Translations under genes and position numbers: made by a program
Shown here: piece by piece, positions 13,091-24,021 of the stretch
How positions within the stretch are numbered: the stretch's first letter is position 1
How the letters are laid out: each line of letters begins with the position of its first letter
Source of the DNA: Paraspadella gotoi
Taxonomy: Eukaryota; Animalia; Chaetognatha
Length of the DNA: 64,000 bases
Direction of reading: 5' to 3'
Assembly: GCA_051294375.1 (NCBI GenBank)
Contig: CM119265.1
Span: 29,102,540 to 29,166,539, forward strand
The notes under the pieces: generated by a model
The model's database searches: none
Told to the model about the DNA's origin: nothing
What the model saw: the letters and a program-made list of their open reading frames with translations, nothing else

Positions 13091-14222
13091 TCACTTAATT
13101 GATTATGCCTTCTTTTTTCTTTAAATGTAAATGCAAATGTATTAATTAATCAAATAATTAATCATTTAATTAATCAATTTAGTCAATTAATTATCAATAA
13201 ATTAATTAGTCAATTAATCCATTTATAACAAACATTTCGGATCAAATCAATAAATAATTGTCTAATGGATTAAATTAATTAACTTGGAATAAATTAATTA
13301 TTAATTAATTAGATAATTAACTTGAAATTAATTATTAAATTAATAAATTAATTAATTAATTTAATTAATAATTAAATAATTAATAAATAATAAATAATTG
13401 ATAATTAATTAATAATTACCGATAATTTTTGTTGGCAGATCAGACATTGTTTGTTCAAACTTGTTTTATTACTCGTAACGTTTTCCATTGCCATCGGAAA
13501 CGCACGTTTATTAGGTCATGTTCCTCGACATTGTTTACTCGTTGCCCGCAACGGCCACGAAATCTATGTTTATTGTATTTGGGATTTTGTATTGAGAAAA
13601 AAGCGCTGGAATAAATGGCAATAATAAAGTTTTTAGAAGGAAAAAAACAATCAAGAATTTTTCAAAAAAACGAACGACACGCAGAAGATCGTATAGACAG
13701 AGACAGACACGGGGGAGGAGCTGAGAGAGAGCAGAGGAGAGAGAGAAATGTTTTCCCGCCAACGAGACGCATTTATTACGTCACTTCGTTATATCGGTAT
13801 TCATGTCCTCGACATTTGTTTACTCGTTGCCCCGCAACGGCCACGAAATCCATGTTCAAGAGAGAAAAGCGCGGACTAAATGGCGATTAATAAAAGTTTT
13901 CAGCAGAGAAGAGAGAAAGAGAGAGAGAAAAAAAAAAGAGAGAGAGAGAGATTAGAGAGAAGGCTGCACAAGCCGCCTGCGACCGCCGCTGCAAGAGCCG
14001 ACAAACTCTTTTAATATATATTTTGTTTCTTCCAATATTCTTTTCTCTTTCTCTCACTACTATAAGTACTAACTCTTTCTTCTTTCTTTCTTTTCTTTCT
14101 TTCTTTCTTTCTATCTCAACTTCACTCACTCTATTCTCTCTCTCTCTCTCTCTCATGCTTTTCTATCAAGGCCACGACGTTCTCTCTTTCTCTCTTTTCT
14201 CTCTCTTTCTCTTCTCTCTCTC

Positions 14223-14253
<31 letters not shown>

Positions 14254-15139
14254 TCTTTTTTTTGCTTCTTTTTCCCCTTCTTTTTCAAATTTTTCGTACA
14301 AAAAATAAGGTAAATTTCACGATTCCCCGTTGCTTTCTTTATATACTTTTTCGAGGGTGTTAACAACCTGATTGGAAATGCTTATATCTCGATTTAAAAT
14401 AAAATCGCTAAAAAATCGGCTAAGTACCGATGATCTAAGGACATTTTCCTAGTGGATAAAAGTACCAATATGCCCGCCGCGTCATTTTTAAACCTGCGTT
14501 ATTAAAACGAGTAATTAAAAGAATGAGAAAGTTTTATACTTTTTCCTAGTTAATTTATATAGAAAATAAAATAATTCTGCAATAGACCTCTTCATGAGAA
14601 AATGCCACATCTCCTATTAAAAATAATAATAGTTTTTAATTTCGCAATAATAACAAGGTAAATAGACATAATCTAACAATTAAAACTAATTTAAAATCCC
14701 CTCCAGTATTAAACTGAATTATAACGAGCACTTGAATTTCAAAAAACCACTTTTTATTGAATGTTTTGAGGGAAATTTTGTAGGGGGTATTGATTTATAG
14801 AAAACCACCATCGTCCTCCAAAACCAAACCTCCCTTCTCAAAAGTTCTCTGACCTTGGTGTAGGTTATAGGGCAGGGAAGAAAGCAGCTTTCTAATCGCC
14901 ATATATAATAAAAATTATTATTGAGTTAAGAGGAACCATATCAAGTTAAAAAAATAATTTTACTCGGTTAAGACATGTAATTAGATTAGGTTAGGGTTCT
15001 AGAAAAGATAGGTTGAGAAATCTTACAATTTATTTTTGGAATATAACTGTCGGAATGACCATCTAGTTCACAATCTATCCTGCAAAATTTCGACTTTAGG
15101 AAAGTCAGTCATAGACTTTAACAGGGTCTTGAACCAGAG

Positions 15140-17710
15140 TGCGACGATGGAAGATGACGACGATGATGATGACGACGATGATGATGACGACGAAATTGAA
15201 GATTGACGACGATGAAGATGACGACGATGAATGATGACAGAGCATGAATGATGAGCGACTGATGAGATGACGGACGATGAGATGACAACTGATGACGATT
15301 GACGATGCTGTGATTGACTGGGAGATTATGACGGATGATTGATGGACAACGGAACGGAGGGAGAATTTTTAAACTTGACGGTTCAATTCATGCAACTTTT
15401 CCAGTTACCTTCGATAATAAGTTTTTTCGTATAAGACTGTTCTGTTGGATGATTTAATGTGTAGTCTATTGAACAAAATGTGAGCCATCTATGACCTTTC
15501 AGTTGAAAGCGTCCTTCTCGTCATTGTTAATCCTTGCTAAAGTGCACAGATAGAACGAGCAAAAAAAAAGAAATTCATTTTGAAAAATCTGGACAAAAAC
15601 TTTCTCCGTTTTTGATTGGTCCTGTGTCCTCCTCTTTTTCCTGCCTCCCTTAATCGTTCTCCTTCCCCTTCCTTTCTTCCTCTTTCTTCCCACTCTGGCC
15701 TCCTCTTTCTTCTCCTCGTCTCTCGTTTCCATTTCTCTCTCCTTCTACTTCCTCCATCCTTCCTCTCTCCCTCCGCCCCTCCTCCATCTCTCCCTCCCCT
15801 CCTCTTCTCGTCTCCCTCCCCTCCCCCCGTCTTCTCCCTCCCCTCCTCCCTTCTCTTCCTCCTCTCCCTCCCTCTCTATCTCCCTCGTCTCGTCTCTTGA
15901 TCCCTTTCCTCGTCCCGTCTCTCCCTCCCCTGTCCCCCACTGGCTGTCATGCTTCTCTTACTCAAAAAGTTTTTTGTAAACTTTTGCGGCGCCTCAAGAT
16001 TTGAACGTTTGTGCTTTTTTTTTTAAAGTTAAATCATCCTTGAGGCCAATGGGTTCAGCGAGTTTGCGTTTGGAGGTTGAAGTCGAGGCGCATGCCTTTC
16101 GGTGCTTTCTCTCTCTCTNNNNNNNNNNNNNNNNNNNNNNNNNATAGAAATGATGGCGGGTCAAATGAAAAAGGGAAAAAAAAGGAAAAAGAAAATGAGG
16201 GAAAACAAAAAAGAAGGGGAAAAGGAAAAGGACAGAGAGAGAGAGGAAGAAGAAGAGAAGGAGGGGAGGAAAGGAGAGAGGGGGGAGGAGAGAGAGAGGC
16301 AGAGTGAGAGCGGGATGAGGAGAGAGAGAGAGGAGGAGAGAGAGAAGAGGGAGAGAAGAGAGAGAGAGAGAGTGGAGAGAGAGAGAGAGAGAAGAGAGAA
16401 GAGAGAGAGGAGTAGGAGAGAGAGAGAGAGATGAGAGAGAGAGAGGAGAGGGAGCGGAGGAGCGGAGCAGCGGAGATGGAGAGGAGAGGAGATGACGAGA
16501 AGGGGAGAGAGAGACGAGAAGAGAAGAGAGTATGAGAAGAGTGAGAGAGGGAAGAGAGGTAGGAGAGGAAGAGAGAGAGGAGGAAGACGAGGAGAGAAGA
16601 GAGAAGAGAGCAGGATGAGAGGAGAGAAGAGAGAGTAGAAAGCACCGATAAAGCATGCTCCTCGACTTCAACCTTCCAACGCATAACTCGGCTGAACCCA
16701 TTGCGCGTCTCAAGATGGAAGATTGACGACGATGAAGGGCGATGAATGATGACGACGATGAAGATGAGCGGACGATGAGATGACGACGATGAAGATGGAC
16801 AACTGATGGACGATGACGATGCTGATGATGACTGGGAGATTATGACGGATGATTGATGGACAACGGAACCGGAGGGAGAACTTTTTAAAACTGAGCTTCA
16901 ATTCACGCAACTTTTCCAGTTTACTTCGATAATAAGTTTTTTCGTATAAGACTGTTTGTATGGATTTTAATGTGTAGTCTATGACAATAATGTGAGCTGG
17001 ACATCTATGACCTTTCGAGGTGAAGAGCGTCCTTCTCGTCTTTGTTAGATCCTGTTGATAAGAGTGCAGAGATAGAGGACGAGCAAAAAGAATTTGCATT
17101 TTGAAAAGTCTGGCAAAAACTTTCGGTCCGGGTTTTTGATTGGTCCTGTGTCCTCCTCTTTTTTCCTGGCCTGCGCGCTTAATCGTTGCTCCTTCCCCTT
17201 CCTTCTTCCCTCTTTCTTCCCACTCTGGCCTGCCTCTTTCTTGCTTCCTCGTCTCTCGGTGTTCCCATTTCTCTCTCCGTTCTGACTCCTCCATCCTTCC
17301 TCTCTCCCTCCGCCCCGTTCCTCCATCTCTCCCTCCCCTCCTCTCTCGTCTCCCTCCCCTCGCCCCGTTCTCTCCCTCCCCTCCTCCCTCTCTTCCTCCT
17401 CTCCCTGCTCCTCGTCTATCTCCGCTGCGCTGCTCGCTCTCTTGATCCCTTTCCTCGTGCCCGTCGTCTCCCTGCCGCCTGTCCCCCACTGGCTGTCAGT
17501 GTCTTCTCTTACTCCGAAAAGTTTTTTCGGTGAAACTTTTGCGGCGCTCAGAGATTTGAACGGTTTGTGCTTTTTTTTTTAAAGTTAAATATAAGAACAG
17601 TTTTATTTTTTAAGAAGATTGTTGATTGCTTTTAAAGGAAGCTTATTTTTCTTCCACGTTTAGAATTTTTAATCACTTAAACTTGATAAGGGAGTTCGCT
17701 ATTTTAAGGC
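15140..17710 (+). repeat. Further copies of the 3865-5930 block (15140-16035 and 16144-17710) plus a short inverted piece (16040-16118)
   Basis: 16144 atagaaatgatggcgggtcaaatg matches 3863. gagaatttttaaa...cttcgataataagtttt occurs at 5110, 15360 and 16875. 16050-16100 is the reverse complement of 16655-16705 and 4125-4175. Confidence 0.85.
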
Positions 17711-17714
17711 ATGA

Positions 17715-18694
17715 TTCTCTCCTCTTTTTCCGCCATCATTCTATCGGTCGACCCGATTTTTCTTTTATGTCATCAGCACCTCGACCTATTATTTTTCCTG
17801 TTTTCGCCTATGTCCTTGTCCCTGTATTTACTTTGACAAAGTCGCATGTTTGTCCTTGGCTCCGCTATCGAATTGATGGCAATCCCCCTTTGTCCTTGAC
17901 AATGTCTTTTCACCGGGGACATTGCCTCTTAGTCTTTGGCTCTGTTTTTACTTTAGTTATTTTTTGTCTTTAACTTTAAATCATCTTTACTTATATGATC
18001 TTTTTCTTCCTGTCACTGTTATAACGAAAAAGGTAATGACTTGTCATTGGCGCCATTTTCACCTTGGCCTAATCGCCAATTTGTCCATGGCCTCATCGTC
18101 ACATTTGTCCATGACACTTTGGTCGCCCAAATGGCAATATATCTTTGTCCCTTGGTTCCCTTGTCAATATAATGACATTGCATCTTTGTCCCTGGCTCCG
18201 CTTTGTCCTTTGCCTCCAAGTCTCCGAGGTCGTCGGGGCCGAGTTTTAGTGTTTGAAAGTTCATTTGATTGATCGCCGGAGAATGAGGACGGGAATAACT
18301 GAACGCGGGGGGCGATTAGAGATTGGGGGGGGGAGAAGTGTGAGGATAGCAAATGGGTTTGGGGGTGGAAAGAGTCAGATCTGAGGGGACCAAATGGTTT
18401 GAGGGTTGCGAAAGAAGGAATTGGAGTTTAAAAAGGAAAGTCTGGGTTGACATAAAGGTTTAGGTTCCAGCGGGATTCCTCCCACACGAAATTCCTCCAA
18501 CACGGAATTCCTCCCACACGGGATTCCTCCCACATGGAATTCCCGGGTGGATGGTTAGATAATTAGATAATTACCCATCACCAATTAGCCCCTCATAATA
18601 GGGATGACAACGACGGAAACGACGACCGAAGTGACGACGACGAATTTCATTTAGTTTCTTCTTTTTTCGAGTCAAAGAAGAATTTAACATCATG

Positions 18695-18727
<33 letters not shown>

Positions 18728-18820
18728 TCCGTCGTCGTTCGTCGTCGTCGTTCGGTCGGTGTTTTTCTCTTCAGCTTTATTCGTCCGGAAAAGAAAAGAG
18801 AGAACAGAAGAGAACAGAAG

Positions 18821-18855
<35 letters not shown>

Positions 18856-19860
18856 AGAGAACCAGGTGGTGATTCTAAAAATAGAATCTTCGTCTCGATG
18901 AAAGTTTATGACTCGTCATATTTTTATCGTCCCTCATTTCTCTCGATCGTCTGATCGGCGGACCGAAAAAGTGACCAAAAGAGTCCAAAAGTGACCAAAA
19001 GTGACCAAAAGTCACCCAAATTGAGGAAGAGAGACCAAAAGTGACCAAAAGTGACTAAAAGTCACCCTAATTGAGGATTAGAGACCAAAAGTGACCAAGT
19101 GGCAAAAAAAGGGGGACAGTTAAAGTGACAAGATGTGAATATTTGTGACCAAAGGAAGTCGTTAGAAAAAGCATGAGTCCATTTTGGTGGTTTAAGGCCT
19201 CCATCACTCTTACAAGATAATGACATAGCAGGTCCCTGCAAGATTTCAATCAAGATTCTCACAGTCTCGTTTATTCACTCCCAGAGTACCTGACTTCCCT
19301 ATCAATGAAGTGGTATAATATTTAAAAGCATATTTCAATTGTATGATAAGACAAAGTATTAGATCGAGGAATACTATATTTTATATATTTTGTATATATG
19401 TATATATTCGTTTATATGTATATTCGTTTATTTATTTATTTATTTATTATTATTTATTATTTATTTATTTATTATTATTTATTTATTTCGTATATTCGTT
19501 TATATGTTATGGTAGGTTAGGGTGTTATGACATAAGGCTATGGATAAGACTAAGGGTGACGAATTTGAGATTGAGGATTAAATTTAGATTTAGATTTAGA
19601 TTTAGATGTAGATTTAGGGTTGCAGTGATGTTAAGGTTTTTGTGAGGTACTAAGTAGGGAATTTTATTAAAGTCTATCATAATGATTATAAATAATTTTA
19701 GGAATTGAAAAAAAGAATTATGGCGAATAATATTTAGATTTTCGAAAGAAATGAAATGGTCAAAAGAAAAATAAGAAATGAAGTTTGTCTTTTGGCAGGA
19801 AACTTTATGCGAGATAAAGATTCAGTAGGGCCCAGAGAATCGAAAATTTGGAAAGAGAAA
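17715..19860 (-). repeat. Arm A' (cleaner copy) of the large inverted duplication; contains (GTGACCAAAA)n, (GGAATTCCTCCCACAC)n and TTTGTCC motif arrays typical of subterminal DNA-transposon repeats
   Basis: Direct reverse-complement match to 1266-3880. Motif arrays at 18960-19110, 18470-18545 and 17810-18210. Confidence 0.8.
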
Positions 19861-20774
19861 GAGAGAGAGAAGAGAGAGAGAGATGGAGAGAATAGGAGAG
19901 AGAGAAGAGAAGAGAGAGAGAGACCCCAAGTGCCAATATTTGAGTTTATATTGAAATCAAGGCTTGGCCGCATCGCTTCGTCGACCCATAATATTTTCTC
20001 TTTTTTATCTAGAGAGAGAGAGAGAGAGAGAGAGAGCAGAGAGAGAGAGAAGAGAGAGAGAGAAGAGAGAGAGAGAGGAGAAGAGAGAGAGAGAAGAGAA
20101 GAGAGAGGAGAGAGACGACAAGATTTTATTTCATTTGACTTTTCGATTCAATTTCAAACTGAAAAAAACTTTTTTAACGAAAAATAGAAAAACAATTATT
20201 TTTACTACGAATATCTTAACTTTAATATCAAAATTTCTAATCAACAATCGAGAGATAGAGACATCAAATTTTAATAAAAATCACGTATGTAACCATTTAT
20301 GGTTGTAAAAAAATATAAAAAAAGACGAGATATCAAGACTTTTCAGTATCCAACAATGACAACCAATAAATAATAAACCTTAGGTTTGGTTTTTCCATTA
20401 CTTACTCATTTAGTTGCAATATCGGTGCATCGAATGTTTTGATTATTTCTAATTCATTTCAATCCTCCTTTTTTGCTTTATTTTCCCGGAACGCCACATT
20501 TCATCTTAAATTCGCGATTAGATTATTTTTTTTAAATTCAAAAATATTAGATAAAAAATTAAGGTTAAGGATTAATAGGGTTAGAGATTAAGAAATAGGT
20601 TTAGGTATTAGATTAAGTTATAGATTAGATTAGATTAGATTAATAATAATAGATTAAGATACAGAAATGGGTCGCTTTTGGGAAAAAGAGCCCAATTTTC
20701 AACGTCATCCCAATTTTCAACCAAAATCCGCCCTTCTGCAATCTCCTCCTTTTCCACATCCTTCGTTCCTCTCT

Positions 20775-20998
20775 CTACCCCTTCTCCAGCAGCCCCTCCC
20801 CCATCAAATGAGACCCCAGCAGTCTGTACAGCTCGAGCTGATCCTCCGCTCTCAGCCGCAACGTCTCGTCGATGAGATGCTGAGGATCGGCTGTGCTGAT
20901 GAAGGTGAGACAATAGGCGCGGACGAAGGACGCCATCATTAGTTGACAATCGAATCGGTCGGTCAGTCCACCGTGGCCCGGGATGGTGTCGCCAAAGT
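20775..20998 (-). CDS. CDS: Phosphatidate cytidylyltransferase (CDP-DAG synthase), last exon
   Basis: Acceptor cctcccAG at 21000-20999, phase 1. Translates (D)FGDTIPGHGGLTDRFDCQLMMASFVRAYCLTFISTADPQHLIDETLRLRAEDQLELYRLLGSHLMGEGLLEKG-stop (TAG 20777-20775). Contains the CTP_transf_1 signature D..TIPGHGG..DRFD. Missed by the ORF track. Confidence 0.95.
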
Positions 20999-21341
20999 CT
21001 GGGAGGGAGGAGGGAAGGGAGAGGGAGAGAGAGAGAGAGAGACAGAGTGAGAGAGACAGAGAGAGAGTGAGGGAAACGGGTCCGATCGGAAAAAAAAATT
21101 ATGGAGAAGAGATGAAGAAGTAAAAAAAAATTAAAAATTTGTTCGTTTAATTGTAATTTAATTCACATATAATCGTTTGTCAATCGCTAAATTATAAATT
21201 TAGGTAAAGTAAAGAATAATAACAAAACCCGACCACTTTTCTTATGGCTTGAAAGACCACACAACTCCACATTCAAACCGCATCTCTCCACAACGCGACC
21301 ACACCGCTCCACATTCAAACCACTTCACTCAACAGTCCCAC

Positions 21342-21448
21342 CTTTGATCTTGAAGGCGCGTTTGAACCCCGAGGCGAAGAAGCCTCCGAATGGACCGAGA
21401 AGAGAAGCGAAGAGAGAAAATATAAACGCGTGGAGTTGAAATGGGTAA
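21342..21448 (-). CDS. CDS: CDS gene, penultimate exon
   Basis: ttctcAG|T TAC CCA... reads [35 protein letters not shown], then G|GTGGG donor. Phases join correctly to both neighbouring exons. Near-identical to the animal CDS motif YPFQ.H....[23 protein letters not shown]. Confidence 0.95.
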
Positions 21449-22166
21449 CTGAGAAAGTCGGGGAGAAATATTTTTAATTAGTTTGTTTTGACGGTCGCGG
21501 CGGCCGACGCGAGCGTTCCCGCGCGGAATAAAAGTTCAACGTCCGCGGAGTCACCGGCGGACGACATCGCGATCGAGACGGCCCAAATAATAGGGAAAAG
21601 TTTTACAACTGATTCAGTCGCGAAGAAAAGGGGAAAAAGGGGGACAATTGGTATCCGTCTTATTTTTAACTTTAACAATGTTTTAGAGAGAGAAAGTCGT
21701 TGCCTCTAGAACGTTCAACGTTTTTAACCTCTCGCCGTTGGGGTTTATTTTTAATTGATTTTATTCTCACGTTTTTATATTTTAATCTCGAAATTAAAGA
21801 ATTAATTTCACACCTCGTATTTATGAAACAAACATTTTATCTCCGTTCCTCGTCGCTTGTTTGTTGATAAATAAACTCGCCAACCTGTTCCAAAAACTGA
21901 ACGTTATTTAAATAAGAACTAAAGTCAGCCAACGTGATCGAAACTACAGAGGCACAAACATAGTTAGTTTGATTAATTAATTAATTAATTAATTGAAATG
22001 GATAACTGAGAAAGTCGAGGGGAAATATTTTTAGTTAATTAATTTGATTAATTAAATAATTGAAATGGGTAACAGAGAAAGTCAGGGAGAAATAGTTAGT
22101 TCTCCCTTCCTATCCCCTCCTATCAACCGTTCTTTCGTCTCTCTCTCTCTCTCTCCTCTTCCTCTC

Positions 22167-22199
<33 letters not shown>

Positions 22200-22241
22200 T
22201 TTCTCTCTCACTCCCATCTTCCTTCCACATTTTCCACGAAC

Positions 22242-22577
22242 CGAACTTTCTCCTCCTCGCCCTCTCTGACCGCCCTCCACAGCGCCGCCACTGGCTCCGG
22301 CACCGTGTAATTAGCGTGACGAAAATCCGCCACGCGGTGGCACCGCCTCACGTCGTCGTCGTTGTCGTCGTCTTCGTTTTCCACGACCGAGCAGACGAAA
22401 TGATCGAATTGCAGCATGACGGGTCGAGGTTGCCGCAATCGCCGCAACTCTAGAGACGCCCGCTTGCCCGTCAGAGACTCGAGTTCGGGCAGCGTGGGTG
22501 AGACGGGCAACCAAGAGTCGAGGTACCAACTGTGAAGGAAGCGGAGGGCGGAAGGTAAGGGTTGGGGGGTAAGGTAT
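22242..22577 (-). CDS. CDS: CDS gene, exon for the Cys-containing loop (alternative in-frame acceptor at 22529)
   Basis: tttttAAG|ATAC acceptor in phase 2. Reads YLTPQP...VMLQFDHFVCSVVENEDDDNDDDVRRCHRVADFRHANYTVPEPVAALWRAVREGEEEKV(R), with donor CG|GTTCGT in phase 2. The FVC...C...F...Y.VP pattern matches the animal CDS loop. Confidence 0.75.
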
Positions 22578-23002
22578 CTTAAAAATGGAGAAACGTTAGT
22601 CATTTGTTTACTTTTATTTTTCTGCTGAACTATTAAACTATTTTCATTAAATTTAAAATATAATTAAAAAGTTTTATTAAAAAAAACGCATTTTTAAATA
22701 AACAATAAACAATAAACAATTCTAAAAACAATAGAAACATTTTAGTATAATTCACGGTAATAGACAGACTTTGTCAGCCTCGTGACTTGATTGGTCCTCC
22801 CTTTTTTGAATCAACAAAAATCTGACCAATCCAATAGACGAAGTCCGTCTATAGATCCATACCGTTGCCGTAACAAAGAGAAACGAATCTTTATTGAGGT
22901 AAAAAAATCAGTTTAAGCTAAAAAATATAATTCACTAATCCTGGACACCATGATCGCTAATCCTGATCACCATAATCAGCAATCCGTATCTAATTTACCC
23001 TC

Positions 23003-23178
23003 TAGCAACAATGGAACGGGTCCTGGGCTTGGAACTCGGCTTGGAGGTTTTCCACACCCACAAGGCGGTTTAAGGCCGTCCTCACACTTCCGATGCGTAG
23101 GTTAAGTACCTTTGGCGATCGAACCCGGTACCTAATGTTTATGATGCGACGGTATTACTCAATGCAACACCGGGTAAC
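23003..23178 (-). mobile_element. tRNA-derived SINE-like element in a CDS intron
   Basis: Minus strand shows an A-box-like GGTGTTGCATTGAGT and a B-box GGTTCGATCGCC (~23114-23125) at tRNA-like spacing, followed by a non-tRNA GC-rich body. Confidence 0.45.
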
Positions 23179-23314
23179 GACTAAAGTTTTCATGCTTATG
23201 AGCGGGGTGAACATATTGCAATCTCTGACATAACTCATAGTCAGCCCTCTCTCCCTCACAGCCTTTCCACTCTCGCGCCCATCTCTCCCCCTCCCTCCCT
23301 CCTCCGCCCCTCAC

Positions 23315-23562
23315 CGGGCAAAAACGGCCCCGAACACCATCGTGGTCAATAATCCGCCGATGAATCCTTCCCAAGTCTTTTTGGGCGACAGTTGAATGAG
23401 CGGAGTTCGACCGAAGCAAAAACCGAAAACATACGCGGAGATGTCGTTGAATATGATGACCGAGACGGGAAAGAGATACCATAGTGATCCCTGCACAGTA
23501 TTACGGACGGCTAAGTGTGCGGGGAGAACCGTGAAGAGGAGAGCAGTGTGGGACCACATGAG
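23315..23562 (-). CDS. CDS: CDS gene, internal exon (5' end lost in the 168-N gap)
   Basis: LMWSHTALLFTVLPAHLAVRNTVQGSLWYLFPVSVIIFNDISAYVFGFCFGRTPLIQLSPKKTWEGFIGGLLTTMVFGAVFA(R). Hallmark ND..AY.FG..FGRTPLI.LSPKKTWEGFIGG. Donor CG|GTGAGG. Confidence 0.97.
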
Positions 23563-23860
23563 NNNNNNNNNNNNNNNNNNNNNNNNNNNNNNNNNNNNNN
23601 NNNNNNNNNNNNNNNNNNNNNNNNNNNNNNNNNNNNNNNNNNNNNNNNNNNNNNNNNNNNNNNNNNNNNNNNNNNNNNNNNNNNNNNNNNNNNNNNNNNN
23701 NNNNNNNNNNNNNNNNNNNNNNNNNNNNNNNAATTATAAGGATGAAAAAATAATATAATATACAAAAAAAGTTTTTTAAGTCAGAAATCAACTTCAATAA
23801 AGAAAAGGCAGAAAAAGAGAGTTTTAACGTTTGAAACCTCTCCCTAAAAAAAATCCTTAC

Positions 23861-24021
23861 CTTGAGCGCCTCTCTTCGAAGGGTAAGAGTGAAAAAGGCC
23901 AAACCGCAGCAGTAGAAGGTAAAGGAGATTGTGAGGTGATAGAGGGTAAGTGACCTCAGCAGCGTCTCGTCGCCTAGCAACTGACCCAACAAAGTGGCCA
24001 ATCGTGTCCCGTAGAAGTAGT
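23861..24021 (-). CDS. CDS: CDS gene, internal exon (5' end cut by a 25-N gap)
   Basis: YFYGTRLATLLGQLLGDETLLRSLTLYHLTISFTFYCCGLAFFTLTLRREALK with AAG|GTAAGG donor. Aligns to the animal CDS segment NYFFYG...YH..ISF..Y..G...F...L. Confidence 0.9.

Noticed and set aside
13510-13900. Duplicated block with GTTGCCCGCAAC as an RFX X-box
   Set aside because: Imperfect match, located in a local noisy duplication, with no linked gene start.
20560-20660. Telomere-like TTAGG(G)/TTAGA tracts (also ~14985, 19580, 30770, 31125)
   Set aside because: Short, degenerate, interstitial and dispersed; not a true telomeric array.
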